Shown: positions 26,578-41,464 of the stretch, one piece after another
Position numbering within the stretch: position 1 is the first letter of the stretch
How the letters are laid out: each line of letters starts with the position of its first letter
Source of the DNA: Octopus vulgaris
Taxonomy: Eukaryota
DNA length: 64,000 nucleotides
Direction: 5' to 3'
Assembly (NCBI GenBank): GCA_951406725.2
Contig: OX597816.1
Span: 14,570,001 to 14,634,000 of the forward strand
The notes under the pieces: model-generated
What the model was told of the DNA's origin: nothing
Seen by the model: only the letters and a program-made list of their open reading frames with translations
Database searches by the model: none
Made by a program: the position numbers and the translations under genes

Positions 26578-26977
26578 TATATGTTAAGGTGACCAAAATA
26601 AGTGAAAGACTTTCGCCAATAAAATATAATTAATTATTTGCGAAGCAGTATTAATACTAAAAGATAAAAGATAATCGTCATGCCCATCTCAACATGAATG
26701 CTTTGTTAGAACACCGAATACTGCGTTATTAGCCTTGTGATACCCTCTCATATAAGTGCTTGGTGAATAAAAGCGCGCGCACACTCAAACCGTAGCAGAC
26801 GACAATTGTCTGTCATGGCTGGAATTCCAGCACCCATGACAGACAGTTCTCGTCTGCTACGATCTATGTGTGTGCCTTTATGCACTAAATGCTTATAAGA
26901 GAGATGATCTGTCAAGGCTAAAAGCAAAATATAGTTCTTTTATCACAAATTATTGCCAAATATCAAAGTTTAAAAAT

Positions 26978-27056
<79 letters not shown>

Positions 27057-27122
27057 GTCATAGTAATTAAGAGAAACTGTAAAAAGGAACACATTAGTGA
27101 GTGAGATGATTTCAAATTAAGA

Positions 27123-27311
27123 GTAAGTAGCTTGCTTACCAACCACATGGTTCCGGGTTCAGTCCCACTTCGTAGCACCTTGGGCAAGTGTCTTCTACTA
27201 TAGCCTCGAGCCGACCAAAGCCTCGTGAGTGGATTTGGTAGACGGAAACTGAAAGAATCCCGTCGTATATATGTATATATATATATATATGTATGTATAT
27301 ATGTATGTATG

Positions 27312-27345
<34 letters not shown>

Positions 27346-27355
27346 TGTATGTATG

Positions 27356-27400
<45 letters not shown>

Positions 27401-27620
27401 ATGTTTGTGTGTCTGTGTTTGTACTCCCAATATCGTCTGACAAACGATGCTGGTGTATTTACGCCCCCGTAACTTAGCAGTTCGGCAAAAGAAGCCGATA
27501 GAATAAGTATTAGGCTTACAAAGAATAAGTCCTGGGGTTGATTTGCTCGACTACAGGTGGTGCTCCAGCTTGGCCACAGTCAAATGTCTGAAAACAAGTA
27601 AAAGAGTAAAAGAGTAAAGG
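27123..27620 (+). mobile_element. SINE B
   Basis: Near full length, with an expanded internal TATG/TG tract. Confidence 0.87.
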
Positions 27621-27792
27621 AGAGTAAATAGCAAACTATAAAATTATTGTTTCTCTCCTTCTCCACGCTCTCTCTGTCGTAGTAATTGAGAGAAACTGTA
27701 AAAAGGAACACAGTAGTGAGTGAGAGGATTTCAAATTGAGAATACATCAACAGAACGCATTATGTGAAAATGAGAGGGAGAGAGAAAGAAAA

Positions 27793-27860
<68 letters not shown>

Positions 27861-28009
27861 AGAGAAAATGACATTAAAATAAATCATTGTCTTCTTTTTG
27901 TAATCATATTTCTGTTTGAGACATTCAATCTTAGTTTCAATTAATTTTGAAAATGAAAAATTTAGTAAAATAAATTCGTCATTATCAAACTGGTGTTTAT
28001 ATGGCTCTA

Positions 28010-28340
28010 AGCTGGCAGAAACGTTAGCGTGCCGGGCGAAATGCTTAGCGGTATTTCGTCTGCCGTTACGTTCTGAGTTCAAATTCCGCCGAAAACGACT
28101 TTGCTTTTCATTCTTTCAGGGTGGATAAATTAAATACCAGTTACGCACTGGGGTCCATATAATCGACTTAATCCGTTTGTCTGTCCTTGCTTGTCCCCTC
28201 TGTGTTTAGCCCCTTGTGGGCAGTAAACAAATAAGAAACGTTAGCACGTTGGGTATTTCGTCTCTTTTTACGTTTTGAGTTCAAACTCCACCGAGGTAGA
28301 CTTTCCCTTTCATCCTTTCGAGGTCGATAAAATAAGTGCT
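28010..28340 (+). mobile_element. SINE A plus partial second unit
   Basis: Family head, central domain and tail, then a repeated head and central domain. Confidence 0.82.
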
Positions 28341-28344
28341 ATTT

Positions 28345-28474
28345 TAGTGAACTGGAGCAACGTGAAATAAAGTGTCTTGCTCAAGAACACAACACGCAGC
28401 CTGGTCCGGGATTCGAACTCACAACCTCACGATCGTAAGCACGACGCTCTAACCACTGAGCCATGCGCCTTCAC
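28345..28474 (-). mobile_element. SINE C head and core
   Basis: A box TGGCTCAGTGG, B box GAGTTCGAATCC. Confidence 0.82.
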
Positions 28475-29169
28475 TAAGCTATGTTACACTCACGTTTTTA
28501 AAATATGTAATTTATACAGTGTTACAAAGCCTTTCACTTAAATTCTGATGTTATAGCGGTGTTGCAAAGCATTGCAGTTTTAAGTGGGAAGTTCAAGACC
28601 TTGTATGCTACATTGATGTGTTCAACCTTAAATGAAATTCTAGTTTACACAAACGATATTTACAACTAAGTCAGTGAAAGCATCAATTTCAAGATAAATA
28701 ACTGGAAAAATCATATAATTTTTACTTGTAGTGTACCGAAATACCTGAGCAACCTAAATACTTTTCCAGAAAACTGATCTGCTAAATTAGCAGTGAAAGA
28801 CTCGAGTATATAGAAACAGGAATTTCGATTCGTTTACAACACACTGGAAATTGCTGCTTCACAAACGAGAAAGATAAATACATACTAGAGCATACAGAGA
28901 CAAGCTAATGACTTAGATATTATCAAAATACTGTAACATGCGGCACCTACTTACGTTTCTGTCTAATAGATATGTCAAATCGTGAAGAATGAACAATTTT
29001 GAGGTACACACACGAGTAAATAAGTCTTCGCGTGTGCCTCAGTCTGTATTGAAATACAGCAGTTTAACCTCTTCAAGCAAGTGTATTTGTAATATGCTTC
29101 TTTTTACGTTGTATAGATGTTCGGTTATTTTAAATACCATAAAAGTACTAGCATGAAACGTTATCACAT

Positions 29170-29705
29170 GCATATACATACATACATACATACATAAATA
29201 CATACATACATGCATGCATACATACATAATACATATATACATACATACATGCATGCAATAATGCATGCATACATACATAATACATACATACATACATACA
29301 TACATGCATACATACATACATACATACATACATACATACATACATGCATACATACATACATACAAACATACATACATGCATACATACATACATGCATACA
29401 TACATACATACATGCATACATACATACATACATACATACAAACATACATACATACATACATACATGCATACATACATGCATACATACATGCATACAAACA
29501 TACATGCATACATACATACATGCATACATACATACATACATGCATACATACATACATACATACATACATACATACATACATACATACATACATACATACA
29601 TGCATACATACATGCATACATACATGCATACATGCATACATACATACATGCATGCATACATGCATACATGCTTACATACATGCATACATACATACATACA
29701 TACAT
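29170..29705. repeat. (TACA/TGCA)n compound microsatellite
   Basis: Direct reading. Confidence 0.97.
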
Positions 29706-29708
29706 AAA

Positions 29709-29914
29709 TTTAATCCAAACATGAAAACACAAAGAGAAAACACAACAACGCGAGGACGTGGAACAAGTATAGTATTATTGGACGCTCAGGAAAGGAAAGA
29801 AAGAAGGAGGATTTAACGTTTCGAGCGGAGCTCTTCGTCAGAAACATAGGAAAAGGAAAGATCCAAGGAAGGGAAGACGGGGGAAAAATTCGCCAACGAT
29901 ACACACGCGGTCAC
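29709..29914 (-). mobile_element. Penelope-like end, family P2, with canonical-core minimal hammerhead at 29811-29845
   Basis: Minus strand GTTT CTGACGA A GAGC-TCC-GCTC GAAAC GTT AAAT, embedded in (TACA)n. Confidence 0.7.
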
Positions 29915-29967
29915 ATACATACATACATACATACATACATACATACATACATACATACATACATACA

Positions 29968-30001
<34 letters not shown>

Positions 30002-31376
30002 CATACATACATGCTGGTGGTGATGGTGGTTGTCTACTCCTTATGCAGAGTCTGACCGCCTCTCGTACTTACAACTTAAAACCACCATGGTGTCTGATGT
30101 GGCTTTTTAAACCAGACAGTATATTGAAAAAAGACCCACATAAATTGCTTATCTGCTTTGGACCACCAAAAGCTGCAGTTGTTCTGATTTTAGTAGATCT
30201 TAAAATGTCTTTTGAGGCCTCCATTAGATTTGCAGACCTTATGGCATACATATCTTATTTAATTTATATTCTTAAATCTTAATTTATTTCATATTATATT
30301 ATTTATCTTTTTAAATTTCATATTTTATACATACATACATACGATATCTGGAAATATAAAAAAACTTTAGATTTAAAGGTTGATGAACAAAACAAGATGC
30401 TTACCTCTACAATCTTGCTATCAAACATCCAGTTTACTCTCTGCTATAAATCTTAATATTCGAGTTTAGTCAAAAGAATTCAATATTTGAAACATCTATT
30501 TTAAAACTTCTCTGCTTTCATTAAAAGTAACAATAAGAATTCATTTAATCTGTAAAAGTCTCATACACGGGTTAAAAACCTTTGTTGATAACAGCTGTCT
30601 TTGATTTGATAGCGATTTGCCTGTTATTTCTAGCAAGCCTTGCGACTGCATATAGGATACTTGTTGGTTCTAAAGGATTTATCGAATATTTTTGAGAATT
30701 AGAGAATTGTTTAAATAGCAAATCATCTTTTCCGATATATTTCGAATTGCAAGGAGAAAAGATGGCAAGCATATCTATCCTTATATTGAGGTTGACCGAA
30801 AGGGGGTTTCCAGCCAGTTGGTACGAAAGATGCTTACAGCCACTGGAACCAGAAAACGGGAGAGAAAGGTATCTGTGCGCAGGAGAGAAGAGACAGCAGA
30901 AAGAGCCCCTTGCCGGTTGTGAAGCAAAAAGAGGAGTTTATCTAGAAGACAGGATGAGATGCTGAGCATTGATTTGGTGGACACCACTGCCAGTCCTACA
31001 ATGAGTGGGTGTTTATAATTCCGAGTCGAAACACCCAGTGATCGTTGGACACCGTTGGGCGACATCGACGTCTCCTGGTCAAAGTTACCTTCCCCAAAAG
31101 TGAATGTAGGACAATCGTCGCGTTTTAGATGTACATCAAGTCTTTAAAAGAAGCCATCTGTTAAAAGAATAAGAACAGACAATAATTCACATTATACTAG
31201 AACTTTAATGCTACCAATAGTATTTCTCACGAAATCATCATTGTTTCGCAAGAACCATTTCGATCCCATTTGCCTTCTTCATGTTTTTACAGATGTTACC
31301 TTGTTGTTGTTGCTGTTGCTCTTCCTCTTCTTCTTTATCATTATTATTATTATTATTATTATAATCATCATCATCA

Positions 31377-31441
<65 letters not shown>

Positions 31442-31454
31442 ATCATCATCATCA

Positions 31455-31494
<40 letters not shown>

Positions 31495-31495
<1 letters not shown>

Positions 31496-31660
31496 GTATG
31501 CTTGGCTTTTGCTTTGCATTTGTACAAATTGTCTCCAAGTCTCATCCAGAGACCTCAAGAGACAACAAGTTTGAAGTTCAAGTTGGTGTTATCGCTAGCG
31601 GGCCATACATTTGGTTTTGCACAGAGTATTGTTCTGGAGAATGTCTGTCAAAACATAAGT
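31495..31660 (-). mobile_element. Probable R4/Dong-like 3' terminus ending in (AAT)n
   Basis: Minus strand ...CTTGAGGTCTCTGGATGAGACTTGG... runs directly into a long AAT array; the fragment is short. Confidence 0.35.
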
Positions 31661-32204
31661 AAATTAGAACTTTGTTTTAAAACCAATTTAATTATAAGAT
31701 GAAAGTCTGATGTTAAGACGAAAAAAATTATGTATTATTATTATTTTTATTGTTGTTGTTGTGTTGTTCTTGTAGTTTTTGTTGTTGTTGTTTTTGTTGT
31801 TATTGTTGTTGTTGTTGTTGTTGCTGCTGCTGTTGTTGTTGTTGTTGTTGTTGTTGCTTAATTGCATTCCAACACTACATCGGGCGGATCCTATAGGCGA
31901 AAGTGTGCAAAACCGCCTTTATTCCGTCCTGTTATCAGCTAAGCCCGTCCTATTTTTAAGATACCGTATATATTTCGATGGAAATTTGGCTGACATTTCT
32001 AGCAGGTGGACCGACATTATTAGCTCGTTGATTTTATGATGTTCATCTTGTGGCGGAATATAAACACCAAACGCATTCCAGGTATGACGAGAGAGTTTTG
32101 CTAACATATTTATCGGTCAGACGCCAGCCTCAAACGAAAGCATCATATTATTGTAATGCAAACATGATCTGACATTAAAGAATCAAATCTATCTATCCTA
32201 TATA

Positions 32205-32252
<48 letters not shown>

Positions 32253-32265
32253 TATATATTTATAA

Positions 32266-32296
<31 letters not shown>

Positions 32297-32329
32297 CATA
32301 CATATTTATAAATATATATATTTATATAT

Positions 32330-32364
<35 letters not shown>

Positions 32365-32939
32365 CATACATTTATATATATATATATACATATACATACA
32401 TACTTATATATATAAATATATATATATACACACACACATTTATATATATATGTGTGTGTGTGTGTGTGGCATGGGGCGCGTGTATATATGCGTACATATA
32501 ATACATACATAAATATACAACCATACATATACTCAAACACTCACTCACACACGTATAACATATGTGTTTCTGAGTGAGTGTATATAATCACGTGTATGTG
32601 TCTATACATGTGTGTGTGTGGGGCCATATGTTTATTGATATGTATGTCAGTATGTGTATGTGTATGTGCATGTGTAGGGCGGAATATGTGTGTATGCAGA
32701 GAAAGGAAAAGAGAGAGAGAGAGAGAGAGGGGGGATTAATTTGTTTCCTCCCCCACATAACGCCCAACCCTCCCCCCAATACGAAACCATTGATAGCAAA
32801 AACTTTGGCAAAAACAGAATATTTGTTATCTCTAATGTCTCATCTCAGTTTTATTACATATTTTACCCAGTTAGATTTCAAATGAAAGAAAAACGAGGTT
32901 TTCAAACCGAATAAAAATAATAACGACAGACAGACAAGC

Positions 32940-33682
32940 AGACAGACAGACAGACACACACACGTACAAATAGACAGATACAGACTTACATCCGTACATA
33001 CATCCATACATACATATACCTACATATATACAGATATGCATACATACTGATGTACATACACATATACACATAGATACATACATACTCACACATACATACA
33101 TACACACACACTTAAACACACGCATACATACATACGCACATACATACTTACACACATATATACACACAGGCACATACATATATACATACATATACACACA
33201 CTTACACACATACATACATATATATACATACACATGCATACATACACACTTACATATATACATACACACATACATACATTCATACATACATACTTACACA
33301 CATATGTTCACACATGCACATACATACACTCACATACATACATGCATACACACATAAATACATTCATAAATACACGCATGCATACACACATACACATACA
33401 TTAATAAATACATATATACATACATACATACATACATACGTACGTACGTACGTACGTACATACATACATACATACATGCATACATACATACATACATACA
33501 TACATACATACATACATACATACATACATACATACATACATACAAACATACATACATACATACTTACATGCATACAGACATGCACACATACATACATACA
33601 TACATACATACATACATACATACATACATACATACATACATACATACATACATACATACACACACACATACACACATACACG
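32940..33682. repeat. Compound CA/TACA low-complexity tract
   Basis: Direct reading. Confidence 0.95.
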
Positions 33683-35218
33683 CAAATCAAGAAATAAATC
33701 TAGCGATGCAGATATTTCGGTTAGTTGAAAATCTCGTCTTAAGATAGCAGTGATCGCAATTTATTCGTAGTTTAGAATTATCTTGAATTTCTTATCAATA
33801 GTCTGCGGCATCTGGGTAGCAGAAGGTCAGGGGAAAAGGAATCGGCTGTACTGCAATGGCTGTGTTGAGGTTAATTGCGAAGAACTTGGAGTAGAAACCG
33901 ACTGTTCGCTTCCAATATTCGTCAGATAAAAGAAAACTTCAATGTATAGGCGCATGTGTGGCTACGTGGTAAGTTCGCCTCCCAGCCACATGGTTCTGGG
34001 TTCTATTCATGTTTGTCTACTGGTCCGTGTTTGTCTACTTCCCAACTGGTGATTGTTTGTATTTCTTCAACTTAACGATTCTGGAAGAAAAAAAAATGGA
34101 GGCCAAGGACATTAAAAAAATCCTAAGATTAATTTGTTTGACTAAACCATGCTTATGGTCTTCGGCGATCACAACCATCTCCCGAACGCTTATTTGTGAA
34201 GAGCTATTCACGCGCTGATGATTGTGAAATAAAAAATTAAAATATTTTGTGATTTGGAAAACTATGGGCAATTTATTGCTCCTAAGTTTGAACAAGAAAT
34301 CTTATATATATATATATATGCGTGTGTGTTTGTCCCTCTAGCATTGCTTGACAACCGATGCTGGTGTGTTTATGTCCCCGTCACCTAGCGGTTCCGCAAA
34401 AGAGACCGATAGAATAAGTACTGGGCTTACAAAGAATAAGTCCCGGGGTCGAGTTGCTCGATTAAAGGCGGTGCTCCAGCATGGCCGCAGTCAAATGACT
34501 GAAACAATTAAAAGAGATATGGACCCGAATGGGCCATATGGATCCCAGTTGACAACCATTCGATTAAACATTCCAAGGCGCCGTCACCAGCATGACTGCA
34601 GTCCAAAGACTGGAACATGTAAAAGATAAAAGAACAGTTTTGGCGGCAGTGGTGGGGGTGCTGGCAGTGGTAGTGGTGGTGGTGGCATTATCAGTGTGTA
34701 CACTTGTGTGTGAGCCTGATCGGTGTAAACAGTTAAACCCTAAAATAGTTCCAGAATTAGAAACACAATCAGTTGTATTCTGGTAACTATTTGAAGCTTT
34801 AATAATATATATATTTCTACAGCCATGCGTTCATGTTACAAATCTAGGACGAGTAACATTGCCAAGACGTGTTTACCGGCACAAAATATGTGTGTGGGTG
34901 GCTCCACCATGGCAGAGCTACTCAAGTAGTCACAGTCACATGTCTATACGAGTGTGTCTTCCAATTTATACATGGATTTGTCTACGTGTGTTCGCACGTG
35001 TCGGTGAACTTACGAATGTATCTGTGTAATTATATATAAATAAACGTTATGACGTATAAATTTTGTGAAGACACTTTTTATGGATGTATCCGCTTGCTTT
35101 TAGACAAAAACATACGTACTTATATATATGATTTCAATGATACTACAAGCAGATACACCCATAAAGGATGTGTTTACATAACATATAAATACACATTCAC
35201 AAACATACATACTTACGA

Positions 35219-35275
<57 letters not shown>

Positions 35276-36176
35276 CATACACTTTCGAAAGTTTACAAAT
35301 TCTTATGACATCAACATATGAAAATATGAAATTATCTATCATTATGTGCGTGTGTGAGTGTATAAGTGTGTGTTTGCGCGTATTTATCTACGGGTTTCGT
35401 TATTTTATCTTGTCCTTCATTCTCCTAAGGTTGACCATGCTCTTGGGGTCGTGGTTGATGGTGACTACATATATTAATATGGCTTGACTAACTTCATGTA
35501 TAAACCTATTAGGTTTGAATAATACTTAGGGAATTCTAATTTTAGAAAGTTCTGTAGCTTATGTATGTATGTGTGACAACCTGGCCACTGGTGGTGGTGT
35601 AAACACACAATACTAATCATATCTGTCGGGCATGTGGAAGAGAGTGTAATTCGGCAGGAGGACTTAAACGACATGCAAAGGTACATGAAGCCCAGTTACA
35701 ACTACAGCCGGCTATTACCAGTAAAGGTCTTAGTTGCCAATTTTGTACAAGACATGTAGATCTTTAGCTGGGCTAAAAAGTCACATTCGATCACAGCACC
35801 AGTAACAGTTAAACTTCGTGCAATGGCCATACTCTATAACGAGGGGGCAGCCATAATGTATGTATGTACGCACTTGAAACTAGCCCAGCATATGATCAAA
35901 ATACTTAAATGTATATACAAATATAGAGTGGCACTAGCTGTATTATTTTGTCTTAGAGAAATATTTCAGAATTTAGTGTGTTAAAAAACACACTAAATTC
36001 TGTTTAATTGAGTGGTTGTCAACTGGGATCCATATGGCCCATGCGGGTCCACATAAGATTTCTTGTTCAAACTTATGCGCTCTTCAACAGAAAAGAACAC
36101 GAGGAAATAAACAGAAAGAGAATAAAAAAAAAACTCTGGAGCTAGCGGTCAATCATGGAAGCTGGCTGCACAGAGG

Positions 36177-36228
<52 letters not shown>

Positions 36229-36231
<3 letters not shown>

Positions 36232-36417
36232 GGAGAGTTCACGAAAAAAAAGACGAAGACAGGTGGCGTACAAAACAAACAGATGTATTAGTATGACGCT
36301 CATGAATTGAAAAAGTGTTTTACGTTTCGAGCCTACGCTCTTCTACAGAAAGGGACACAGAAAAAAAACAAGGAGAGAAAAAACTGTGTGTAGTGGCTAT
36401 CGATCTATCATGGCGAC
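36229..36417 (-). mobile_element. Penelope-like end, family P1, with hammerhead-like motif at 36317-36352
   Basis: Minus strand CTTT CTGTAGA A GAGC-GTAG-GCTC GAAAC GTA AAAC, with (TA)n on both sides. Confidence 0.68.
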
Positions 36418-36472
<55 letters not shown>

Positions 36473-36473
<1 letters not shown>

Positions 36474-36692
36474 TATTTAAAAGCACCAGAAATATAACAA
36501 AAGCTGTTACTCAGAGTTCCTCGTTCCAGTTCGTCGGACAATTTTAACAAAAGTGTCCGACGAACGGGAACGTGAAGCTCTGAGTAACAGCTTTTGTTAT
36601 ATTTCTGCTGCTTTTCAATAAAGCATATTACTCTATCTCTGGTATTTGAGTACTCTTTTTTCCACCTTGTTTCACATTTATGTGCTTACTTC

Positions 36693-36694
<2 letters not shown>
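36473..36694 (+). mobile_element. Penelope-like end, family P3, with 5' inverted copy (two decayed hammerhead-like motifs back to back)
   Basis: Inverted arms at 36473-36540 and 36554-36621; TGT CCGACGA ACG-GGAA-CGT GAAGC TCTGA GTA ACA; flanked by (TA)n. Confidence 0.65.
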
Positions 36695-36752
<58 letters not shown>

Positions 36753-37349
36753 CTCGTAAAATGTATGTTATATGATATGTATATATGTATGTGTGTGTGT
36801 CTATATATGTGTGTGTGTGTGTGTGTGCGCGTATGTATGTATTTATGTACATATAAGTACGTATATGTATGTGTGTGTTTACATGTAAATAACAAAATAT
36901 ATATATAGTATATATGTAATATATATTATCTTTCTGTGGAAAAGCAAGCGGATACATCCATAAAAAGTGTCTTCACAAAATTTATACGTCATAACGTTTA
37001 TTTATATATAATTACACAGATACATTCGTAAGTTCATAGACACGTGCGAACACACGTAGACAAGTCCATGTATAAATTGGAAGACACACTCGTATCGACA
37101 TGTGACTGTGACTACTTGAGTAGCTCTGCCATGGTGGAGCCACCCACACGCATATTTTGTGCCGGTAAACACGTCTTGGCAATGTTACTCGTCCTAGATT
37201 TGTAACATGAACGCATGGCTGTAGTAATATATATCATGAAAGGTTCACACAGTTACCAGAATGTAACTGATAGTGTTTCTAATTCTGGAACTATTTCAGG
37301 ATTTAACTGTTTACGTAGATACTGGCACAAACATACTTACTATCAATAC

Positions 37350-37392
37350 TGCTGCTGCTGCTAGTACTACAACTACTACTACCACTGCAACA

Positions 37393-37444
<52 letters not shown>

Positions 37445-37656
37445 TTAATAATAATGATAATAATAATAATAATAATAGTAATAATAATAATAATAACAAC
37501 AACAACAACAACAAAAACAACAACAATAATAATAATAGCAATAATAATAATAATAATAACAACAACAAAAACAGCAATATTAATAATAATAGTAATAGTA
37601 ATACAAATAATAATAACAACAACAACAATAATAATAATAATGATAATAATAATAAC

Positions 37657-37732
<76 letters not shown>

Positions 37733-37770
37733 GTAATAACGGTAACAACAACAACAACAGCAACAGCAGC
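37350..37770. repeat. (AAT/AAC)n compound trinucleotide tract
   Basis: Direct reading. Confidence 0.97.
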
Positions 37771-38236
37771 GCAACAATGGTGAGGGTTGCTTTTATTTGC
37801 CACAGGGGCATTCGATGAGGGGGACATTACGAGGACAGTTTGCAATTTGTGCAAGGTTTTACTTAAAAGGTGTGGTGGAGAAAAAAGGCGGGAAAGGATA
37901 AAAGTCAAAGTTGATCTCGGCTCAATTTCTGCGGCGTGGTAACAATGTTGCCTGCTTAGCAGGAAAGAAACGTGCCTTTAAGTAGTACAAAAAACAACAA
38001 AAAATAGAAGGTGCAGTTATGTATAGGTTGACGGAAGAAAAGCAGGACAAAAACGATGCACGTTCCCACGGCTTTATCGATCGCATTCTCACCTGGAATC
38101 GATTTTTGTAATTTTTTCAAGACTTACTCACGCCTTGATACCGTCGGTATCTACATATCAAATTTGAGCGCCATCGAAAGGAGGATGCCCGAGATCCTAG
38201 AAGACACACACAGACAGACAGAACGGATTGTATATA

Positions 38237-38306
<70 letters not shown>

Positions 38307-38447
38307 GAGGTGACTTTGCCCTTCATCTTTTCGGGGTCGATAAATTAAGTACCAGTTACGCACTGGGGTCGATATAATCGACTTAATCCGTTTGTCTATC
38401 CTCGTTTGTCCCCTCTGTGTTTAGCCCCTGTGGGCAATAAAGAAATA
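38307..38447 (+). mobile_element. SINE A, 5'-truncated
   Basis: Central domain and tail between TA tracts. Confidence 0.82.
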
Positions 38448-38500
38448 TATATATATATATACACACATATTTATATATGATATAATGTGATGTGATCACG

Positions 38501-38551
<51 letters not shown>

Positions 38552-39273
38552 GTGATATGATGCTATGTAAAATACATCTATATATAATTACATACATATG
38601 TGTGTGTGAATATAGTGACAAATATTTTTTTCAATGCAACAAGAATGTATACCCCTGACAAAAGTCTTATATTAAAGTGTTCTATGTCGTTGGAACCGGT
38701 ATTTATACATTAACATGTAATCGTATAAACGAAATTGTTTATATCATTATATAACTCAAGCGCGGAATGCAATAAACCAAAGCACGGATCCTTGAAACAC
38801 ATTATTAAACCAAGCTATGGAATATTACCAGAATAAATCTACTTCAACAGACACAACCGTATATTAATTGCTGGTAGGGACAATACATTTCGTTATGCAA
38901 TCATAACACAGCGCCATATCAAAGGCCTGTAAGTCGATACTGTGGGACACAATATTCACTTACATGTCTTTGATATATTTGATAGTATGTTATGGTGTCC
39001 CTACCAGTTATTAATATGTACCAGTTGCCTGGGCTGTGTTTCATATCTAGCATGTGATAATGTATGTATACGAATATGAATATATGTATATATTACATGA
39101 TGGGACAGCACTCAACAGATATGGTGGTTCTACACCATTTACCATAAGGGAGAATATACATACATAATAACTACAGTGAATTTGCCTTTAGAATTTAAAA
39201 TATGCCACAAACATATTTTAACTAACCCAAGGTTCGCTTCTGCCTAAATACTGCTTGACGCTGATACTATCAT

Positions 39274-39321
<48 letters not shown>

Positions 39322-39409
39322 TATTAGAAAAAAACACCTTTTATAAATTCAATAATGAAAAATTAAAAATAGTAATTAAATTACATAGTATATTAAATAT
39401 ATATATATA

Positions 39410-39441
<32 letters not shown>

Positions 39442-39446
39442 ATATA

Positions 39447-39504
<58 letters not shown>

Positions 39505-39626
39505 GGGTAAAATAAATTAATTAATAGATCAATTGATTAATTTAATAATTTTACCAAGTAGTCGGTATGTTAAAATAACCTTTTAAGGCAAATTATACAA
39601 ATATTCTATAATTATATTCATAATTA

Positions 39627-39883
39627 GTGGAGGCACATGGCCTAGTGGTTTGAGCAACGGACTCGCGGTCGAGGGATCGCGGGTTCGAATCTCAGACCGA
39701 GCGAAACACCTAAACTCCACGCGCCTTCGCCACAACTCACTCTTACTCTTTCCTCCTGCATCTTGCAGCTCACCTGCGACGGACTGGCGTCCCGTCTACG
39801 TGGGGGAGCCTATATGCCAAGGAAACCGGGAAACCGGCCCTTATGAGCCAGGCGTGGCTCGTGAAGGAACAAACAAACAAACA
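39627..39883 (+). mobile_element. SINE family D
   Basis: A box TGGCCTAGTGG, B box GGTTCGAATCT, tail CCTGCGACGGACTGGCGTCCCGTC...GAAACCGGGAAACCGGCCCTTATGAGCC, then (ACAA)n. Confidence 0.8.
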
Positions 39884-40094
39884 ATATATATAATTATAAT
39901 CAGGGTCAGCCAACTGCTTCGCCACGATCTGAATTAGAAAATAGATGCTAACGCCTTTAAAAAGTGTGTTACTGTCTCGGAGATCTTTATGGTAGTAGAA
40001 AAGGCATTAACGTCTATTTTCTAATTCGGTGCATGGCGAAGCAATTAGCTGACCTCTGATTATAATTATAGTATATATATATATATTTTGTTTT

Positions 40095-40451
<357 letters not shown>

Positions 40452-40567
40452 TGCGTTTAAAACTCTTAGGATATCCGTTTTTCTCATGCCAGAATGAAAC
40501 ACATTCATGGATACATACATCGTATGTATATATATATATATATATGTATGTGTGTATACATACATAG

Positions 40568-40600
<33 letters not shown>

Positions 40601-41191
40601 CACAAATACACATACAGAGGCACACACAACCTACTAACACACGTATACGCACATGTTTTATTTTTAAATTCTTTATCCGTTAAATCCTTCGATTCACAGG
40701 CTCTACTCTCAGGTGATAAACATACCAATACCCCGTGTGACCTCAATACCTGGAAAATATTTCTGACTATTTACTATTTATTACTTATTTATATATTTAC
40801 TTATTTATTTATCCAGTTATGTTCGCTTTTTCTTATCAAAACATGCATCCTCGCACATCCCCCTCAACACGATAGCGGAGATCCTCTTACATAACCTGAG
40901 GTTAAAAGCTGCAGTATTATGATATTCTGGGCGGTCGTAAATCTATCCATCTGTTTAGAAAAATGATACCCAGATCATCACCACTAAAACTACTGCCATT
41001 GCCAACGACCACCGTCAACAATCATCACCACCGTTACCATCTCTACCACCAGCCATCAAAATCATCACCGAAACAATTAACCACCGCCACCAACAACAAT
41101 AGTTACCGTCACCACTCTTGTAGCACCAAGGCATCCTTATCAATTCTATCCTTTATTACAATGACCGATCACCTTACTCCATCCTTTACTG

Positions 41192-41257
<66 letters not shown>

Positions 41258-41378
41258 TATTTTATCTGTGAATTTGCGCGTGTAATCTGGGAATGCATTC
41301 AATGCCCTTCTCTGCCCTAGATGTATGGAAAACACTCGGCGAGAAACGAAAGAAAATTTGAAGAAAGAAGGAAAAAAC

Positions 41379-41409
<31 letters not shown>

Positions 41410-41464
41410 TTGTTCTGATGCGGTACCAGGTAGTGGCTTTCATGTTATCATGTACATTGTTTTG

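Larger units (their letters stand above)
34725..37314. repeat. Long inverted repeat: arms 34725-35101 and 36940-37314
   Basis: Direct comparison by eye gives 5 mismatches over the inner ~284 bp; the outer ~90 bp is clearly more diverged. Confidence 0.95.

Noticed and set aside
28390-28474. tRNA-like A/B boxes here and at 39627, 40317, 44796, 53910 and 62120
   Set aside because: They continue into SINE cores and lack complete cloverleaves, so they are SINE heads rather than tRNA genes.
30820-30965. Possible RTE-type LINE ORF remnant
   Set aside because: Only a vague short similarity, with no diagnostic motif.
34521-36050. 38-bp inverted match (34521-34558 and 36013-36050) as TIRs of one transposon
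   Set aside because: The hAT-like ends face outward rather than enclosing the interval, and there is no TSD; probably two separate remnants.
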